A stretch of 64,000 nucleotides of DNA from Klebsormidium nitens (Eukaryota > Plantae > Klebsormidiophyceae), in the NCBI GenBank assembly GCA_000708835.1, contig DF237007.1:1-64000 (forward strand). The letters are read 5' to 3'. The notes under the pieces were generated by a model. It was not told where the DNA came from. It did no database searches and saw only the letters and a list, made by a program, of their open reading frames with translations. The translations under genes were made by a program, and so were the position numbers. Shown here in pieces: positions 46,801 to 58,300 of this stretch (position 1 is its first letter; each line of letters starts with the position of its first letter).

Positions 46801-49319
46801 TCGAAGCGGAGATCCGAAAGCTTATCGCCGAGAAAGGCGCACCGAAGAAGAGGGTCAGAAAGCCGGGGTCATCCCCCGAGGAGAAGCGAGAGTACTTGGA
46901 GGGGCTCGGAATGGAACCGGGGCATGCGGCCCGGGTGGCGGAGGAGATGAATCATATGACGCTGTCGTGCATACAGAGAAAGGTAGGGTGGGGTTTCGTC
47001 AGGCGCTTGTGCTGTTTTCGAAACCCGTTGCTTTAAGTTGGTTCCATTGAACTCCTGCATGTCCTTTAGTTGTTATACGGAGGCGGCTAGGTGAGTTGCT
47101 CTCCCTTTTGAGGAGTCGTTTCTGGTGTGCACCTTTGTTTCGGAGGAGATGATTACATGACGCTTCTTGCGTACATAGGAAGGTAGAGAAGGGCTTCGTC
47201 GGACACTTATGCTGTTCGTTCAGATTGCTCTGCTTGAGTCGAACTCAAGGGAATTTTCATGCAGCCTGACAATATACGGAGGAGGTGAATCACATGACGC
47301 TGTCGTGCATACAGAGAAAGGAAGGGTGGGGGGTTTGTGCCCTGTCTTCACAATCTGCATCCAGTTAGATCTGTGTACTTTTGTGCGATTTCGTAAGGAT
47401 ACAAAGAGGCAGCCGGGTGACTCGTTTTCCATTTACAGGAGTCAGTTCGGGTGTGCACTGAAATGTTGCATCGAGATCATCTGGTTGGGCTCTGGGGTAA
47501 AGGAAGCTGGACATAGGCAGCGATCGGATACTATAACAAGTCAAGACTTTCTTGAACAGGGACGTCTGACCACACTTTGCAGCAAATCTGTCCACCTACC
47601 GAAGCACTTAACCAGTGATCTGTCTCTCTCTTACACGAATATTGAAGCAGGTTATAGTCTATGGAACCTGGCAGGTGAGCGCCATAGTGAAAGCAACGGC
47701 CCAATCATCTGCTTCGTTTCTTGTTCGGAAAAACGTCGAGGACTTGTAGCGGATGCAAAGTCCTGAATTTCTGAATCCTTTTCGAAATCCGAACCCGTTA
47801 TCCCGATAGTAGCCTCTAATTCCCCAGACGCTGTTGCGGATTGTACGCTGATGAGATTGAGCATGACCCCCATTGTGACGCAGATTGTGACACCGGAGCG
47901 TTTCCTTCGCACCCTGCACAGCAACGGCAATCAGATTGGCAGATCTCTAATTCCCTTTCCTTGACCTCAGAACCGAAAGTCTAAACTCCAGAATATCTCC
48001 CGCAGGTTTCCACGATGTTGGGTCTTGGGATGACTTCACAGCAGGTCGTGACGACGGTGGAGCGCTTCCCCCGCATTCTGCACAGCAGCGCCAACTCGCT
48101 TGAGGCCAAGATCCGTTTCCTGACGGAAGACATGGGCCGCTCCTTGGACGAGCTCGTCGGCTACCCGTCATTTATCTCTCTTAGTTTGCCAAACCGGGTA
48201 AGTAACCCTTAAAGTTATCGTGGGTTTGCTTGGTTTCTTTGCCCTGTCGCTTGGTTTCTGTTCTTGGTGCACGTTGGTTGAAAGTCTCAGTCCTTTACCA
48301 TTCGGCTACCCCTCCTTTCTCTCTTAGCCTGCCGAACCGGGTCAGTAGGCCGTCGACTGCCCTGGTCCGCAGATTGGATACCGTACCCCCGTGACGCTTG
48401 GGCAGAATACTTATTTTGGATCTGCCCTAAATCTCAAACTTCTTGGTCAAAATTGCCCAGTTTTGGCAAAATTCAGGAAATCATCTGCCCCCTTTTACAA
48501 GCCCTTTTTGCCACTTTTCCTGCTGTAGACCAGCACAAGTGACGAGATTTGGACTTTGCCCATTCTTCCAAACATTTGGGAAAATGGTCAAAATCATGTG
48601 CCCAATTCGCAAAGTGGATGAAAAATAATCTATTGGACAAAAATGTGCCCAAGCGTCATGGGGGTACGGTACTTTGCTTTGTCGCTTGTCTTTTCTGCTC
48701 TTGGTACAAGGTTTTCCCTTTCGGCCCCCTGCCCTTCTGGTCAGCGATCTTGTGTAGCGCAGGAGGCATGGGATTCTTGGATTGGCGGTATGATGGACTT
48801 GTCCGTCGTCTTGTCGCCGCTTTGTGCCGCTCTTCTTGTACTCCGCAAGTCGTCTGGTTGTATGCTTGACTGCTCCATCAGAAAGTTGCGTTGTGGGAAA
48901 GTTGAGTCGTTGGAGCTTGTCTTAGTGAAAGCAAGATCATGCAGACGACTTGCGAGGAGGCACAGGAGAAGCGGCCTTCTGTTGGCAGGTCTTAGAACGG
49001 GTGTTTAGAGGTCTTGAATCTTCTTCTAAGAAGATGCATCTGCTGGCCGGAGCTCTTATTACGATTATCTTGGTCAGTCTTTAACCTTCGTCAACCCCAC
49101 CGAAAGTGTACTTCTTATGCGTCACATAACCCGTATTTGCGTCCCATGCAGTTACGGCCGCGCTACGCTCGCCTCCAAGAAGAGGGCATCACGTGGTGGA
49201 GCCTGAACCACGCCTTCGGCCGGCCAGACGCGGAGTTCAACGCGCGAATAGAACGGTGGATCGAAGCAGGACGCCCCATCAGGGGTACGCCCAAAGGGCA
49301 TGCTAGCGCAAACGGCTGA
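40841..49319 (+). CDS. mTERF-family organellar nucleic-acid-binding protein, about 10 exons, with two C-terminal-type mTERF modules
   Basis: Repeated mTERF motifs: LESIGVDNVGNVAAAFPEVL, GLDESAVARTVTAFPGILCYS, LQELGFSTPQIAGLIRQYPRLFSFSLHNKVAP, DELVSYPAFISLSLNKRLRPR, DELVGYPSFISLSLPNRLRPR. Approximate exons: 40841-41454, 42185-42387, 43240-43391, 43815-43934, 44652-44772, 45278-45570, 46218-46408, 46719-46982, 48006-48197, 49161-49319. The start could be further upstream (40760/40779). Confidence 0.85.
41435..41635 (+). repeat. Three tandem copies of the mTERF exon-1 end and donor (starts 41435, 41519, 41593)
   Basis: gcggtcagtatgattcaaag|gtgggg ; gctgtcagtatggtggaaaa-gtgggg ; gctgtcaggatggagctaag-gtgggg. 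Confidence 0.65.
44563..44670 (+). repeat. Copy of an mTERF acceptor and exon start with AG changed to GG (offset 81 bp)
   Basis: ctgcgG-tttctgctggagctgggcc at 44565-44589 vs gtgcaG|tttctgctggagctgggcc at 44646-44670; 19 exonic bases identical. Confidence 0.8.
46939..47465 (+). repeat. Three-copy array of the mTERF exon end, donor and following intron sequence
   Basis: Copies start at 46939 (functional), 47141 and 47277. Copy 3 matches the exon end at 42/44 nt, but its donor GT is GA. Downstream intron sequence (47060-47135 vs 47395-47465) is also homologous. Confidence 0.9.
47826..48346 (+). repeat. Decayed copies flanking the penultimate mTERF exon (exon-start copy ~47826-47935; donor copy 48302-48346)
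   Basis: gagcgtttccttcgcaccctgcacagcaacggcaa vs gagcgcttcccccgcattctgcacagcagcgccaa; tcggctacccctcctttctctcttagcctgccgaaccgg|gtcagt vs tcggctacccgtcatttatctctcttagtttgccaaaccgg|gtaagt. Confidence 0.75.
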
Positions 49320-49674
49320 TCCAGCCAAAAAGTTGATAGGGCCTCGGGGGCCGTAAGGGACGAGTTGCGCACACAGTGACTACGCATTGGATGTACGGTA
49401 GGACGAGTTCTTGTCAAAGCACGCGATGGAAAGCCAGGTTAATTATCTAGCATAACCGATTCCAATGACCCATATGTGTTGGCCCGGCCAAGGCACTCCG
49501 AAACTGCCACGAGAAAGCATGTGCAACGTGGACTGCGATCATGTCCTAGACCCCAGGCGGCGGCGGAAATGATTGATCTGCAATTGTCGGTACCCAACGG
49601 ACCATATTTTTTAGTTTGATTATATATTGCATGCAGTATTTGGTACAGCGTTAAATGCTCCGTCCATTCGTAAT

Positions 49675-50444
49675 CACAAGCTACCTACGGTGGGTTCCGG
49701 CCGAGTCGACTCCGACTCGAACCGCAACGAAATTGTGGGACCCGGTATCAAATTCTGTCAGTGATACCGGCGGTTCACGTTACGCTGAGTCGGACTTCCG
49801 AAACNTGTACGGTTCGAGTACTCAGGAATTTTTGCTCGGCCGTAAGTGAGTGTCATGAAGTTGTAAACAAGTGTATTATTTTACACTTTGACGGGAGCAT
49901 GAAAATGCCACACTAAGATGCGGCTTATGCAACATGCAGAAACCTTTGACAAGCTAAAAAAAATGTTGGGGGACCGTCATTAGCTGTCCTTTGAAGCTCC
50001 AACATCATGTTTTGTTCAGGACAAATCTCAAATAGCAGCATAGGAGGCGCAAAGTTGGCCGCCATTGTTGGATTTTGAAGAGCGCCTTCTCTTACACTCC
50101 TATATCAAATCTCTGCACTCTTCTTTCAGTCTGGGTACCGCGGTACTCGTGCACGGTACAAGTCGGAAGTTCCGACCAAGACCATGAAATTTAAATTTGT
50201 CGGCCGCGCAGACTCGAGTCTCGCGCGACGGTACCGTACCTCCGGGTAGTACGTAATTGCCCGTTTGATCGACGTGTCAGGAAAAGCTCGATTCATGAAT
50301 TCGGACCCGATTCTCTAGTACGGCCGAGTACGATCGTTAGTACTGCGTACAAAATGTGTCGCGACGCGTGACACCGGTCATACAAATTTGAAACCCGACC
50401 GTCGCGCGGTCGATACCGTCGAGACCCACCATAGGTAGCTTGTG
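49675..50444. mobile_element. Non-autonomous TIR DNA transposon (about 770 bp), CAC...GTG ends, putative 2-bp AT target duplication, CACTA/CMC-like
   Basis: TIR CACAAGCTACCTA(C/T)GGTGGG at both ends (20 bp, 1 mismatch), flanked by AT on both sides. Palindrome-rich subterminal arms surround an AT-richer core. No transposase ORF. Confidence 0.8.
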
Positions 50445-52275
50445 ATCTGGGTAAGGGGCCCAGCTGCTTGTGGGTTACTGCATTCACAACTTCGAGCTTA
50501 CCGTCGGCGCGTTCTGATGACTCTGCCGCGGTTGCTCTCAGTGCGCGGATCTGACCGTACTGAAAGCAACCATCATAAATTGGCCCCGCGCGATATAGCA
50601 CCATGCCTTTCATAGTGCACGCGGGCGCTTGTAGAGAAGTCATCTTGAGGCAGAATGCATGTGGGCCCCGCAGATGTATTGGGTGGAGCGGCTGGCCGCG
50701 CCGAGTAATGTACCCGTCAACTTTGTACGTAAAGGTCGAAGTCCGAACTCAGATCCTAGCATATGATCAGCATGAGTCACCAATCTCGCCGAGGGCGGAC
50801 TCTTCAGAGGACGCTCCCATTGCTTCACTCAGCTCGCGCGATTACCCAGGATCTACCTCCCAACTTTCGATCGTTGCGTTTTGCATACCCTGTCGAAATG
50901 CAAGGTCTAGGTGCGTATGAATACGTCAAGTCAACCGAGCTACGCTGTGTTCTGCGGATGGGGTAGGGCTGGAGTGGTTTGGACCGCCCGGCCCCTCGGC
51001 CTGCGCATGCGGGTCGCTTCCCCCTTAAACCCTTGCAAGCGCGGCCGGCCGCGCGCGACCTCGATGACCAGTGATGGTTAGATTGAACGAGAAATATTGT
51101 ACTGTATCCACTAACGAAGCACAGAAGCCGGCTTTCTTCCACGTTTGGTCGTGAGCAGCTTCTCCTTCATCCTTGACAAAAGTTACACATTCAAGCTCAG
51201 GCTCATAGATGACCTTGTTGGACAAGCACCATGTTCTGCGCGTGCTTGTAGACAGACAATCTATGGGTTGGATCGTATTTTCAGGGTCCGCTTTTGTTGC
51301 GAGGCCTATCTTGTCACACTTCGCTGTTCTGTGAGTATCACCTTCGCGGATAAACTGGTTTAAGGCTTAAATGTTGATGATCAGCGCCGACGTTTGCGTG
51401 TGTTTCATTGAGTGCAAAGATTTGATTCGTGCATAGATGCTGAAACTGGAATAAAAGCAGATTACTTCTCAGTTTCACGAGATCGTAGTGCCCGTTGTAC
51501 ACCTCGGACGCAGCCATGCAAATGCCCGTTAAAACCTCACTTCTATCTAATTATCCATGACGAAGCATAGAACAGGCTGCACACCGTTCATGTCGATGAC
51601 AGACCCGCTGGTACATCGTGAATCGATTCATGCAGTAAGTTCTCTTGTGTTGCCGCTCTTGTGACGCAGACAAGGTCTAGTGTTCAGCCCGTTACAATCA
51701 GAACACTTGGTTTCCAGCTCTATGCGCAAATATAACTTTTTATTTGCCCAGTATGCAGTGCATTGAATAGAACTAGGAATGTGTTGGTTCTTAACCACAA
51801 GGCTGACATTAATTGGAGCCTGAGCTGATCATTAGCGACAGTGTTGCATCAAACGGCTATAGTCAGAAGCTTGAATATGCGCTATCGCGCCAGCTGCATG
51901 CGTTCCCGTTCCCTGTAGCTTGCCATAGTTCGTTAATAGTGAGAACGTGGACAAATATGCTGATCTTTGATCGCACATGCGACCGGCGGGCAAATCGTTT
52001 GGGAGGTATACACAGAATTGAATTTCTTAAAGCGGCTTACTTTTACATGGGCAGGCGTTCTGCGGCAGCATCGACCACAGGAGGAGACTTCTTTTTGCCC
52101 GCGCAATCAACGGAACCTGAATTCTATCTTGGCGCAACCAGAGGCGTTTCAATCTGACTTCGATGGGAACATTTGCGAGCCTAAACTATTGCGTGATCCT
52201 GGCCGTGCATGTACACTCTGCTTGCTCCTAGCACAGAGTTCTGGCTGATTCCTGCACATTTGGAGGTGAATGGCT

Positions 52276-52317
52276 GTTCGGCACCCCATTTTGTACGTTC
52301 GGCACCCCATTTTGTAC
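52276..52317. repeat. Perfect 2 x 21-bp tandem duplication in the presumed 3' UTR of the kinase gene
   Basis: gttcggcaccccattttgtac repeated exactly. Confidence 0.9.
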
Positions 52318-52385
52318 ATGACTAAGATTTGCGGGTTAAGCCTTCCTTTGGAGTTGCCCGTCTTTATTTGTCAACACAATATGCT

Positions 52386-55300
52386 CTACTTTCGGAACCG
52401 CAACACGGTTTCTACCAGCTCCAACTTCTTTACCGGTTTGGTCAAGACAGCATCCATGCCGGAGACGATGCACCGGTCCAGATCGTCCTTGCCCGAGTTC
52501 GCAGTAAGAGCGATAACGGGAGTATGGCCAAGTTGGGCCGATTCGATTCGCCGGATTTGAATGGTCGCTGCGTACCCGTCCATGATCGGCATCTGCATTC
52601 AGCAAAGAAATCCTGTCTCGGTATTCTTGTTTCATCGTACGTAGATGTAGATTAAATCAGCAAAATCTTGAAACCCTGCATCTTGTTTACAGATTAGCGA
52701 GCTCGGAACCGCGTCCTCTTCAGATCCTAAATTGTTTTACACCCATGAGGCTTGCCAGACACTTTCCTGGTTCTAAAAGCGGATTGGATTGCACAGATTG
52801 CGAGGTTGATGCACGCGCACGCTGCTCGCAGATCGTGGACACGGACCCAGAACAGGATCAAACACAAAACCAGCTTGGGGGCGCAATTCAACCTCTGCGG
52901 TCACGAACGCAACATTCTTCAGTCTACTTTGCAAAAGCGTTAGCGCGACCAGATTGTCGAATTCTGCTCCGCAGAACTCGCAACTTCGCATCAGAATGCA
53001 GGCAGCCGTACGTTACATCCGTACAATGGAAATAAAGCAGAATCAAAAACTCCCGGCAGCACTTAATCGACATTTCAAGTATTATTAACGATGAACTCCA
53101 AAACTGACGAATGGGATAGGACTGGCTTACCTGGCAGTCCATGAGGATGAAGTCAAACTTCTTTCGGCGGGCTCCATCTGCATCGAAAAGGACCGCCAGG
53201 GCTTCCTCCCCGTCGCCTGCCGTTTCTACACGCGCGCCCAGCTTCTCCAAGCTTCTCCGCGCGAGCTGCGCGAGCACCGCGTTGTCCTCCACCAGGAGCG
53301 CAGACAGGCCGTCGAAGGCTCGGCTCGGCTCGGTGGAGCCCTGATGCGAATCAGAAGGCGCCACGTGGCTGTTTCCGACACCTGGCGACGGCGCGTCGCC
53401 GTTTTCAGAGTCGGAGAAAGAGCTTGCGTCTCCTCGGTTTTCGAGGGTCACGTGCGGGCCGGGGATTGGGGTGAACGGCTCTTGGGGATCGGCCCGGGAC
53501 GCTGCTACCGAGTAGAGTAGGTGCTCTAGCTTGGACCGGTACAGCGGCTTGTAGACCACGTGCGCCGAGGGCACGGCCTTGAGCATGCCCCGAGTGGCCG
53601 CAGGGGTATTGCTCCGCACAATCCAGAAGATGGTGATGGCGCCGCTCGATCCTGCAGAACATAGCAAGCAATTGAATTCTGACGTCTTGGGCGGGGGCAA
53701 AGGCGGAACTGACACCGCGGGCAGAAGCAGCATCTCCTTCCTTTCAGAAGGTTTTTCCGAGGACCGGAGTCAACTTTTTCTTGGAAATTGCTGGATTCGT
53801 ACACATGCTGAGACAACTTATTTCTTCAAGATTACCCAAAATTTCCGCAGCGAGGTCGTGGCAGGGAGGTGCTTCTACCCAACGAAAGACAATTGTCACT
53901 GAGTGAATATTGGATCAAGATTCTGCACGAGAGTCGTAGATTTGCAGAAGATGGCATTTGACGAACATGACAGGATTAAGCTTTCAGCAATATTTGTACG
54001 CCTAGCCCTTCTTCAGGTAGAAGCGTCCATCAAAACCGCACCTCCGCCATTCGGAAATTAGTAAGGAGCAGAAAGGAAAGTCTGTGAAGCCACAGTTCCC
54101 CCTTGCGAATACAGAACAGAGGCTCGAAGTGCAAACAAAAGCTCAAAGCCAGTGACGTCAAGCTATACAGATAAGCATGACGCGATGTGTGCAGCTAAGC
54201 CCGACGCTTTGTGTTCCAAAAACCTCCTCACCTCCGTCAGTCTCCAAAACCGCATTCAGCCGACGCAGCTCCTGATCCAGGCGCTCGGGGTCCTCTGCTC
54301 CGGGCACGATCGACAGCTCGAGCATCGCACAGTCAAACTCAAAGTGCTCCGCGCGCGGTGCCCCGGGCGTGGCCGGGTCAACCTCGACGTCTCTACTAGA
54401 CAGCCGCGGCTTGAACAATACCGGGCGCCCCAGATCCAGCGGCTCTTCGTCCGAGTGGACCGACTCCTGGGAGCTTCTGAGCACGCTCGGTCGCCTGAGA
54501 ACGGCGTCCTCTGGGGACAGATTTGCCCCGGGGGCTTGCACCGGGGTCGACCTGAGATCGCTGTCGCGCGCGAGCGTTTGGATCGCCACCAGGGCCTCTT
54601 CCCAAGACGACGCCTCGACGACCATCGCCCCGAGCTCGCGCAGAGTGTGCGCCGTGACCGACCGGGTCAGGAAGTGCGTCTTCGCCAGGACGATGTTGAC
54701 CGCGCCAAACCGCGCGACGCGGCTCGGGCTGCGTAAGAGCGCCGAGGGGGCCCGGAGACTCTGCGACCTTAGCACGGACGTGCCACGTGGCTTCGTCTGG
54801 AACGTCAGATCGAAGCGGATGAAGCAGCCCGGGGAGTCCTTGTCGACGATCGCGATCTGGCCCCCCATGCTTTGCACCAGCTTCTTCACAATCCCCAGGC
54901 CCAGCCCCGTGCCGCCGTATGCCTGCGTGGTTGCACCGCCGTCCGCTTGTGAGTAGTCTAGAAACACCAGCTCGCGCTTTTCCCGGGGAACGCCGCAGCC
55001 GGTGTGTTCGACTTCGAACTGGAGCCTGAGTGCGCCAGAAGAGACGCCCGGAGGATCGGCGGCCGCGGCCGCGCTGGTCCTCAGAGTGCAACGGATCAGA
55101 ACGTAGCCGGCCTGCCAGGAAGGTCCATAGCGAAGTTTTAGCTCCTAACTGGAAACGGAAGCATGCCTGGTGCATACAAGCTAAAAGCGGACGAATATCT
55201 CCGGTGAGTCCTTTAGAAGCTTGAGCAAACAAGCAGCGACACGGATTGCCGGACGGGTTCAGCCCTTTTCACCCGGGTAAGTGCTCGAAGGGGATAAAGG

Positions 55301-58300
55301 ATCTGCAAACGCTGGCGACTTGTCAGACTCGATCGCTCACCTTGGTGAACTTGATACTATTGCTCAGAAGATTTGAAAAGATCTGCCGGGTACGCGTGGC
55401 GTCGCCAAACACGGTATGAGGCACACCGGCTGCAACCAGGAAGACGTAGATGAATCCTCATTCCGCTTCGACTACCATCGGAGGTTGGATCATTGCCAAT
55501 CTTGTCCACCTGGAGTATTCTCGTTCTCCAATGACCACGAGCGGGGCAGCATGTATGCTGCATAGCGCAGATTGGCGAACGGGTGACGCAGGCGGGACGG
55601 AACACAAAAGCAGAACAAAGTACTTCTTGGTATTGCAGTACAGTAGCTACAACTAGTCGCTTACCTGGAATGTCGAGGCACAATTCCAAGCCCTTCTTGG
55701 CACACTGAGTGCTGAATGCATCCGCCAACGACTCTATATTTTCAATGAGAGCAAAGGGAGCCTCGTCCAGCACCAGCTTGCCAGCTTCTATCTGCACTTG
55801 AAAGGAAAGGTTCAGCCGAAAAGCGGTTTACCTCTTTGTTATGCTGAAGAAGGTCATAGCAGGGAGTGCTTCATATGATGCGACGGTCGTCGTATTCCTG
55901 ACCCAACTCTGATCAATTGCTGCTGTCAAGCTTTAGACGGGAGTATGGCAAGCCAAAAGGCTCGGGCTTTCACGTACCTCGAGTCAAGCGCTTGAAGGCT
56001 CACCTTGCTGAGATCCAATAATTCGTTTAGGAGGTTCAATTGGTGCTCAACACAGCCCTTGGCCTGGTTCACTTGCTTGACTTGTTCTTCGTCGAGACCC
56101 GTTTCCAGAAGGGCGTCATGCAAACCCAACACTGCTGCGGACGGGTTCCTCAGATCGTGACTGCAGGCACAAAGTCAGCGGAATGTTAAGCGCAATCGAG
56201 GTTTGCGAGAAACCGTGGCGAATGATTTGTCGGAATTCCTCTAAAACGAATCAGGATCAGCTGACCAAAGAGAGATCTTGAAAATCGATTAATGCAGCAA
56301 CTTGTCAAACAGCTTCAAAATCACGGTTAAGTCGATGCGGAACGGTTAACTATCAGAACAAAGTCTCTTCGAGACTGACCCTCTGTCCTGCCTAAACAAA
56401 AATGAGCTTTGATCACGTGACGCAGGAAGCGACTCTCACCTCATACTGGCTAGGAACCTGGTTTTAAACTCGTCTCGCATCTCAGCCCGCCTTTTAGCTG
56501 CTAGATTCGCGATAAGCTGTGCTTTGAGCTGCATTTCCTTGTTGATCGGATTCGTGAAGAGAAAAACGCAGAGGCCCCCGACTGCCACCACCGCTACTGT
56601 ACTGGAGATGATTACGACCTTCACATATTGGGAGCTGGAGTCGATATGTCCCATGACTGCTTTCTTCGGGACAGCTAGATACTCCCAGATGGTGACGTCT
56701 TGTAGCTTTACCGCTTGCTTTTTCAGAAAGTAGGGAGCTCCCATTATAGTCACTACGGCTGTGCTGTTACCAAGCCTGCCAGACCTATCAATCTCAGCGG
56801 CCTGCTGGACCACGACACTCGTCGACTCATTTGGCCGCAGGAGGTGACGAGAGGCCGTGCTAGGCCTGTCGTTGTCTGCCACGGAATCGCTAACCAGAAA
56901 CGTCCCGTTTGTGAAGAACAGCACCCCACCCCTAAGATTGAACTGGCGCACGCGCTGATCGATGCTGGTCAAATATTGCGTGATGGCAACAACCCCAATT
57001 GCTTCGCCTGTATCTTGCACCACTACCCGGCTCATGACGAGAATCGGCTTCCCGAGAGTACCGACGAGGATTTGCATCCCCAACCCTCTAGAGGATGTCA
57101 TAGCTTGCATATACCAGCCTCGAGTCCGGAAGTCTAGGGGAGCTAGAGCGACTACGCTTTCCATTCCATACAGGGGGTAAGCAGTGGTTGCATCCACAAC
57201 CTGAGGGAAAGTCATTGTCAAGGATCAGGTTCAAAGTCACCTTAATAAAAGGCCTTTCCTTCGTCGCATTTGGTAAAGACGTCGCATGGTGCAATTCGAG
57301 GGAATGAAAAAGATGCAGGCAAAACACTTCCAATCGAACGTGAACTCTTCATTGAAAAGCGTTCAGAGGGTATCACTCCCGTATCACTCTTCAGCGTTCG
57401 ACCGTCTTGAAGTGCTTGCAATGATGATGCCGTAAAAGCCATGAGATCAGGGCATAGGGCATCGTGCGCAAACTCACCGTGGAATACTGTGGCACCTCTT
57501 GACCCTCGGGTACAGTCTGGTTGTTGAAAGTTAGAAGGAACGTTGAGTTTGCCAAGGAGTCTGAAGAGTTGGTGGGACGGCTCAGAAAACTGTGCCTACA
57601 TGACCAAAGCAAAGGCAGAGATTGAGAAATGAAAGTCACCAGCATCAGACTCTCTAATATAGCATGGATTGCAATGCCTACCTCTTCCGTCAGGGTCAAG
57701 CAGGACGTACCAGTCTTGCTGAATCAATGCTCGCTGCAACTTCGGGCTCTCAATATAGATAACGCGCAATCTGGTCCTTGGAGCCTTCTCCAGAGCAGTA
57801 CGATTTCAAACGGAGAACCTGAGCGTTGCTGAAAAGCTGGGGAATTGCTTGTAGAGGCAAAGCCAAGAGAAGAGCTTACAATCCATTTTGTTGTACGAAC
57901 CCAACAACGTCGGCAACCTTGCAGCTCATTATGGTGCTCAGCGTCGACTGGTATACCTGCAATACGAAAGGCAGGTGGAATGGACTATCAGCAATCTTGA
58001 ACAAATCGAAGCAGTTTTGCATTGGAAGGACCCTTCGATTTTGCAGAGTATTGCGTCCAAACCTGGACTCGTTCCGGGTCAGAAGGAGGCAGCACCCTCA
58101 CCGATCACCGGCAGTCCTCAAGATTCTCTGTGCGAAGGAATTATGCATCACTTCGAGGGTTAGCTACCAACAAGGCTCGTCTTAGCTAGGTGACTCCATG
58201 ATGGAGACTCACCATCATTGCGCGGGTACCCTGTGAAACGTTTGCCATTTTCACGTTGTTGTTGAGGACTGCAATGTTTCCTGCAAGAGCTTGCAAGCAT

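Noticed and set aside
41435-47465. Repeat-spacer-like arrays that might suggest CRISPR
   Set aside because: Only 2-3 degenerate copies, homologous spacers, anchored on splice junctions in a eukaryotic gene; no cas genes
51025-51225. 66-aa minus-strand ORF (MSNKVIYEPELEC...) and neighbouring intergenic ORFs
   Set aside because: No recognisable motif or splice-compatible partner exons
52924-55232. Overlapping ORFs 54152-54736, 54369-54956 and 54396-55232
   Set aside because: Antisense or alternative frames of GC-rich histidine kinase exons
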